Shown here piece by piece: positions 58,853 through 64,000 of a stretch of DNA of 64,000 nt (positions within the stretch are counted from its first letter, which is position 1; each line of letters starts with the position of its first letter). Made by a program: the position numbers and the translations under genes. The notes under the pieces are model-generated. The model saw only the letters and a list, made by a program, of their open reading frames with translations, did not search any database and was not told where the DNA came from. The DNA lies in contig JBARXP010000099.1 of the NCBI GenBank assembly GCA_049647405.1, positions 669 to 64,668 on the forward strand. The letters run 5' to 3'. The DNA is from Elainellaceae cyanobacterium. Its GTDB lineage: Bacteria > Cyanobacteriota > Cyanobacteriia > CAKZMO01.

Positions 58853-61285
58853 TCACTTCACATAGGCTACCGTTACCCCGTTTCCTCCATCTGTCTTATC
58901 CGCAAACTCAAACCGCGAGACTTGGGGATGGCGCTTGAGAAACTCCTGCACCCCTCGCTTTAGCTTGCCTGTACCGTGGCCATGAATAATCCACATGGGG
59001 CCAGCCGGAGCAGCGGCGATCGCCCGATCAATCTCGATCTCAGCATCGGCCACTCGGCTTCCGCGTAAATCCATCGTATTTTTTGACGTGCGAACCGCAG
59101 GGGCGTCGGCCACTTGTTCTGGTGGTTTTGCGGGTTTCGATTCGGGTTCGGGTTTCGGCTTCGTCGGCACTTCTGCCTTTTCGCCCTGAAGCGATTCCAC
59201 ATCTACCAGGGAAACGGTCATCTTCATCAGGCCAAACCGCACCGTTAGTTCGCCGTCTTCGTCGGGATGGGTGAGCACTTCAGCCGTTTGTCCTAGTCGC
59301 GGAATGCGAACCCGTTCACCGACCTGAGGCCGATAGCCCGGTTTGGGTTTGGGTGGCTTTTGCTGAGATGGGAGGCGATCGCCTGCAATTTGGTTGAGCT
59401 GATCGGTAGCTTGTTGGGCGTGTCGTGCCGTGGTGTTGCCTTTTTGCAACTGTCGGATGACTCCGGCAATTTCTGACTTGGCAGCGGCGATCGCCTCTTG
59501 AATCTGCTGTTCTTGCTGCTGCTTTAGGTCGCGCTCGCGCTCTTTCAGCAGAGAAGCTTTGCGCGACACTTCGCCGTGGAGCCGTTCGGCCTGGTGCAGC
59601 AGCGTTTCGGTTTCTTTGGCTTTCTCTTCTTGCTGCCGTCGCTGGGCTTCTAGTCCGGCAATCACCTGGTTCACCTCGTCCGCAGCGCCCATGCCGACGT
59701 AGCCCCGTGCCTGGTCTAAAACCTCAGGATCGAGGCCGAGTCGAGCGGCGATCGCCAACGCATTCGACCGTCCCGGAATGCCCCACAGCAGCCGATAGGT
59801 GGGCGACAGACTGACATCATCAAACTCGACCGAGGCATTTTCAAACCGCTCGTCTTGATATTTGAGGGCTTTGAGTTCGCCAAAGTGGGTGGTGGCAACG
59901 GTGAGCTGAGCATGGTCAGCTAGATAGCGCAGCAGGGCGATCGCCAAGGCGCTGCCTTCGCTGGGGTCGGTGCCTGCGCCGACTTCGTCTAGCAGAATCA
60001 GGGCATTTGCCAGTGAAGGCTCTTGGAGTGCTGGAGCAGGAGGAACCTGTATCGCCTCCAAAATGCGGCTAATGCGGCGGATGTGCCCCGAAAACGTAGA
60101 TAGGCTTTGCTGGAGCGACTGCTCATCACCAATATCAGCCAAAATCTGGTCAAACCAGGGCATTTCCACGGGTTCTTTGGCCGGAATGAACATGCCTGCC
60201 TTTGCCATCAGACTGATCAGACCCAGGGTTTTGAGGGTTACTGTTTTGCCGCCCGTGTTTGGCCCTGTAATGGCGACTACGCGAATGCTCGACTGAATCG
60301 TTAGGTTAATCGGCACCACCTCTGGCCCTTCTTCGTGCTGGTGCTGCCATACCAGCAACGGATGGCGCAAGTTGCGTAAAACGATGCGCTCATTGTTGTT
60401 GCGCTCGACAAAGCGGGGTGCGTTGCCCTCTAGCCACAGGCCGTAGCGGGCACGGGCTGTGGCGAGATCGAGAGTCGTGGCGATCGCCAAAATATGCTCT
60501 AGATCCTCAAGCACCGCCGCGACTTGCTCTGTCAATTCTTGGCAGATTTTCTCTTCTTCGGTTTGCTCTTGGCGCAGGGTTTGGCGCAGCTGATTGCCCA
60601 GATCAACCACGCTGTGAGGCTCCACATAGAGAGTCGCGCCACTGGTCGAAGCATCGTGAACAATGCCCGGAATCGCGTCTTTTTGAGGCGCTTTGACGGG
60701 AATGACGAAGCGATCGCCCCGCTGGGTAATGACCGATTCTTGAACGGCTCCCCCCTGGCGCTGCAAAATTTTCTGGAGTCGCTGATAGATGCGATCGCGT
60801 AGGCTGCGAATCTTCTCGCGAATGCCCGCTAGTTTTGGATTGGCGCGATCGGCGACGCGCCCATTGTCGTCGATGCAGTGATGGATGGCTTGCTCAAGCT
60901 CAGGGTGGGTGCTCAGGTCAGCGACCAGCGCCTGCAACACAGGCACGTCTTCCTGGTCGTCGATGGTGCGCCGCAGTTGGCGGGCTCCCGCCAGGGTCGA
61001 AGCGACATCCAGCAGATCTTGCCCCGTGAGAATGCTGCCATGTTCTGCCCTTTCTAGAGCCGCCCAAATATCGCGCAAGCCGCCAAACGAGAGACCGTTG
61101 GCGAGACGCAGTTCCAGGCTGTAGGCTTCCTGAGTCTGAGCCAAAAGAGTACGGCTCGTGGCCAATTTTTCGGGAATCACAAGTCGCCGCGCGGCGATCG
61201 CACCCAACTTTGTCGCGGCGAACGTCGCTAGGTGCTGACACAGTCGGGGCCATTCGAGTAAGTCTAGGGTTTCACGTTGAATCAA
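58853..61285 (-). CDS. mutS2: endonuclease MutS2 (MutS domain + C-terminal Smr domain)
   Basis: 810 aa. Walker A GPNTGGKT, a long coiled-coil and a C-terminal Smr domain (LDLRGSRVADAE...WIIHGHGTGKL). Confidence 0.9.
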   Translation of the reverse strand: MIQRETLDLLEWPRLCQHLATFAATKLGAIAARRLVIPEKLATSRTLLAQTQEAYSLELRLANGLSFGGLRDIWAALERAEHGSILTGQDLLDVASTLAGARQLRRTIDDQEDVPVLQALVADLSTHPELEQAIHHCIDDNGRVADRANPKLAGIREKIRSLRDRIYQRLQKILQRQGGAVQESVITQRGDRFVIPVKAPQKDAIPGIVHDASTSGATLYVEPHSVVDLGNQLRQTLRQEQTEEEKICQELTEQVAAVLEDLEHILAIATTLDLATARARYGLWLEGNAPRFVERNNNERIVLRNLRHPLLVWQHQHEEGPEVVPINLTIQSSIRVVAITGPNTGGKTVTLKTLGLISLMAKAGMFIPAKEPVEMPWFDQILADIGDEQSLQQSLSTFSGHIRRISRILEAIQVPPAPALQEPSLANALILLDEVGAGTDPSEGSALAIALLRYLADHAQLTVATTHFGELKALKYQDERFENASVEFDDVSLSPTYRLLWGIPGRSNALAIAARLGLDPEVLDQARGYVGMGAADEVNQVIAGLEAQRRQQEEKAKETETLLHQAERLHGEVSRKASLLKERERDLKQQQEQQIQEAIAAAKSEIAGVIRQLQKGNTTARHAQQATDQLNQIAGDRLPSQQKPPKPKPGYRPQVGERVRIPRLGQTAEVLTHPDEDGELTVRFGLMKMTVSLVDVESLQGEKAEVPTKPKPEPESKPAKPPEQVADAPAVRTSKNTMDLRGSRVADAEIEIDRAIAAAPAGPMWIIHGHGTGKLKRGVQEFLKRHPQVSRFEFADKTDGGNGVTVAYVK

Positions 61286-61458
61286 TGTCTAGCTAAACCT
61301 GTCACTGAAAGTAGAAAGTTGATGATATGAAAGAAAGATTAAGTTTCGCTCTTTCATTCTACATAGATGGTCTCCGTTCGTTGGAGGATCGGTCACAACC
61401 TACACATACTCACGTTTATTCTGATCCACCTACCTAATGTTCATACTTAACGTTTATT

Positions 61459-61549
61459 AGGACTTACGCAGTTCGTTGAAAGGGTGGGCGCGTCGCGCCC
61501 ACCCTTTCAACGAGTTTAGTCAGGCTTAGACGAGTTGTGCGTAAGTCCT
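61459..61549. repeat. nested perfect palindrome (12-bp outer inverted repeats enclosing a 19-bp-stem GC-rich hairpin), MITE-like or regulatory
   Basis: The outer inverted repeat is aggacttacgca (61459-61470) / tgcgtaagtcct (61538-61549). The inner hairpin is cgttgaaagggtgggcgcg-tc-cgcgcccaccctttcaacg (61474-61513). Confidence 0.6.
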
Positions 61550-61607
61550 GTTTATAAAAAAAGAATCGATCCAGAATGTTCGGTAGAAAGGTCGGATCGG
61601 CTTTAAG

Positions 61608-62567
61608 ATGAGTCCTTACTGTGGTGAGGGGGAGATCTGCTCCATGTCAGCCCCAACTGAAGTTCCACCCATGCCATCTCCTAAGCTTCGCCCCTCCGTG
61701 AGCTGGAAGGTTCGGCTACAGCGTCTTGCTCAGCCGTTCATTTTGCTTGCTCCTTCCGGGTTGTGGCTGCTTTTGCTGCTGGTGATTCCGATGGTTCTGA
61801 TTCTCGACATCAGCCTCGTACCTGGCCTCAAACCCGACGATCCAACCGGGCCTTACGGCCTTGGCAACTATCTCCGAATTCTCGAACCCGTCTATTTAAA
61901 GGTGATTGGGCGATCGCTCTATTTTGGCGCAGTCTCCACCATATTTTGCCTATTGCTGGGCTTTCCCGTCGCCTACTGGATTGCACTCATGGCTCCCCAA
62001 CGATGGCGCAACTTGCTGCTGATCACCTTTGTGCTTCCCTTGTGGACTTCTTCTCTACTGCGAGCCTATGCATGGCGGTCGATTCTCAGCCCCGAAAGTG
62101 GCGTCTTAAATACCGTACTCTCAGCCCTCCACTTGCCCACACAAGACTGGCTCAACACCCATACGGCTGTCTTTATCGGGCTGACCTATAACTTTTTGCC
62201 TTACATGGTGCTGATTCTCTACGCTTCTCTCGAACGGCTCGATCGTCGTTTGCTAGAAGCTTCTGCCGATCTCGGCGCGACCCCTCGCCAGACCTTTTGG
62301 AAAATCACCGTGCCTCAGACTCTACCCGGCATCGCCGCTGGCTCGCTGCTCGTCTTCATCACCAGCATGGGCGACTTCATCGTCCCTGAACTGTTGGGTG
62401 GCACCGCGAGCATGACGATTCCGCGTCTTATCTATAACCAGTTTTTAGGGGCAGGGCGAAATTGGGGCTTTGGTTCGGCACTCAGTATGGTGTTGATCTT
62501 GGCGGTCAGTCTTTCTATCGCCTTGCTGCTAAGATATGGCGATCGCAACCCCGAAAGCCTTTCTTGA
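61608..62567 (+). CDS. ABC transporter permease (PotB/PotC-type)
   Basis: 6 TM helices and an EAA-like loop (EASADLGATPRQTFWKITVPQTLPG). The start is uncertain; alternatives lie at 61644 and 61671. Confidence 0.8.
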   Translation: MSPYCGEGEICSMSAPTEVPPMPSPKLRPSVSWKVRLQRLAQPFILLAPSGLWLLLLLVIPMVLILDISLVPGLKPDDPTGPYGLGNYLRILEPVYLKVIGRSLYFGAVSTIFCLLLGFPVAYWIALMAPQRWRNLLLITFVLPLWTSSLLRAYAWRSILSPESGVLNTVLSALHLPTQDWLNTHTAVFIGLTYNFLPYMVLILYASLERLDRRLLEASADLGATPRQTFWKITVPQTLPGIAAGSLLVFITSMGDFIVPELLGGTASMTIPRLIYNQFLGAGRNWGFGSALSMVLILAVSLSIALLLRYGDRNPESLS

Positions 62568-62611
62568 GACGTTAAACTCTCACTCCAAGACAGTTCAGTT
62601 CTACTGCCCCT

Positions 62612-63115
62612 TTGAGTCTTATGACGACGCTATACCTGATTCGCCACGGCATTGCTGCCAAACGAGGAACCTATGCCCATGATGATGAGCGTCCTCTCAC
62701 CCAAAAAGGCACCCGAAAAACAGAAAGCATGGCTCAACGACTGGTGGAATTAGATCTAAAGTTTGATCTGATTCAAACCAGTCCTCTGGTCAGAGCCCGA
62801 CAGACGGCAGCGATTCTGCATGACTATCAACTGGCCACGGTTGTAGAACTGTCGTCGTTTCTTGCTCCTGAGGGAAATTTGCAGGACTGGCTAGACTGGC
62901 TTAAACCCTGGAACGAAGATGCAGACTCTACATTGGCTCTTGTTGGCCATCAACCCAATTTAGGAAACTGGGCAGAATGCTTAATCTGGGGAGCATCTAA
63001 AGAGCATCTCGTGGTCAAAAAAGCAGGCATTATTGGGCTGTCGCTCCCTTCAAGAGGGCCAATCATTGGCCACAGCGAACTTTTCTGGCTGACGCCGCCT
63101 CGATTTCTGCTGTAG
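62612..63115 (+). CDS. sixA: histidine phosphatase family protein (SixA-like phosphohistidine phosphatase)
   Basis: N-terminal LYLIRHG catalytic RHG motif. 167 aa. Confidence 0.7.
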   Translation: MSLMTTLYLIRHGIAAKRGTYAHDDERPLTQKGTRKTESMAQRLVELDLKFDLIQTSPLVRARQTAAILHDYQLATVVELSSFLAPEGNLQDWLDWLKPWNEDADSTLALVGHQPNLGNWAECLIWGASKEHLVVKKAGIIGLSLPSRGPIIGHSELFWLTPPRFLL

Positions 63116-64000
63116 CAAGAGCCAACCCCCTACAGGGAAGTGGTTTGTGCGATCGCACAAACTCATCTAAAAGCAGGGAACTCCGCATTTCCCGGTACGT
63201 CATGACCTGTAGTTCCCTGCTATCCGTAATCGCTGACTGACACACTGATGTCTAAGCTATGAGCAAATATTTATGAGGTCAATATTCATAAATATGTTGT
63301 TTATATTTTGCAGCAGATTTTCTAGGATCATTTAGACCGTACGTCTGAATGTTACGAGATAATGCACTACCACCCCATTGGGAGAAGATCCGGAAAATCT
63401 GGGTGACTTTACACAAGACACTTCGACCAGGGTGTAGTAAAAATATAATAATGAGACCGATTAGAGAGACGAGTAGCGCAACTCTTGTTTATTTCTATCC
63501 AAAGATTAGAGTTTAATAATCGAGCTTAATTAACGAGGGAAGGAAATCTGTGTAGTCACGTATTAAAAGCGGTCACTATTTTTTCCCAGTTTCTTTTGTA
63601 GAAGCTGATTGTAAAGTGTGCAGTTTCAGAGTTTAGTGCCCGTTTCGCCTACGATGACAACTAGCCGTTTACCTTTTCTCAATCGCTCATTTTTTGTGCA
63701 AATCTTAAGCCTTTTATCGAGCAAAGATTGGACAGAAATAAAGGGAAATAGAGTTTTTTTGATCGAGTGTGCAACCTGTTGAGATCATTTCCAGAGGAAG
63801 ATTTAACGCTTCCTCACGAAGATTAAATTTCTGAACTTGCCGGACTCAGAGTAGCTCAAGCAGTGCGACTTAGCGTGATATTTCATGACTCAAAAGCCAT
63901 GATTTAGAAGCTGTTGCAAGCGTTTAGATAAGCGTTGAATCGTATTGTGTTCTCCTTTTCAACTCTTAGATCTAAACATTGCAGTCGTTCACTCTATGCC

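Noticed and set aside
1-64000. Search for tRNA, rRNA and CRISPR arrays
   Set aside because: I found no GGTTCGAAT-type T-loop or cloverleaf candidates in the intergenic regions and no rRNA-like conserved blocks. There is no regularly spaced repeat-spacer array. The only tandem repeats are short micro- or minisatellites.

Overview
This window is a cyanobacterial chromosomal segment. The octamer GCGATCGC (HIP1) recurs dozens of times in genes and spacers, and beta-prime is split into rpoC1 and rpoC2; both features are cyanobacteria-specific. GC is moderate (about 50%), with discrete AT-rich patches.

Core genes, in window order:
- an HD-GYP fragment (5' end cut by the window), a Raf1-like protein (tentative), two ferredoxins, hisZ, a DnaJ-domain protein, inositol monophosphatase;
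- a degenerate adenylate-kinase::thioredoxin fusion and an FGGY sugar kinase;
- the rpoB-rpoC1-rpoC2 operon on the minus strand (15.5-18.9 kb, 13.5-15.4 kb, 9.4-13.4 kb) with a rho-independent terminator downstream;
- tatD, rpsT, hisD;
- a class III nucleotide cyclase::Ser/Thr kinase multidomain protein, a creatininase-family protein, an SLH/peptidoglycan-binding protein, a Cdc48-like double-AAA ATPase;
- a BASS transporter and an ARTO-type ctaCDE oxidase operon whose subunit II lacks the CuA ligands, preceded by two DUF2231-like membrane proteins;
- a GMC oxidoreductase, a DMT transporter with a divergent LysR regulator, mutS2, an ABC permease and sixA.

Accessory content:
(i) A toxin-antitoxin/defence island at about 30.7-38.6 kb. 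It holds an MNT-HEPN pair, an orphan antitoxin, an AT-rich HNH-nuclease gene next to a PIN-like/Zn-ribbon gene, an intact VapBC pair, a VapB gene with a truncated VapC remnant, and a stand-alone gene fusing a type I R-M HsdS-like target-recognition domain to an uncharacterised Zn-ribbon domain. That fusion is the best candidate for a previously undescribed system.
(ii) An AT-rich PD-(D/E)xK-like gene translationally coupled to the 3' end of ctaE.
(iii) A same-strand cluster at 49-57 kb: a secreted TPR protein, a TPR-CHAT (caspase-like) protein and a membrane NACHT NTPase with a C-terminal SUMF1/FGE domain.

Non-coding features:
- a (GATTGA)n hexanucleotide microsatellite upstream of rpsT;
- several short tandem repeats in intergenic regions;
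- dispersed 31-bp repeats;
- a nested, long perfect palindrome (MITE-like) upstream of mutS2;
- a roughly 750-bp ORF-free AT-rich stretch at the 3' end of the window.

I found no rRNA, tRNA or CRISPR array.
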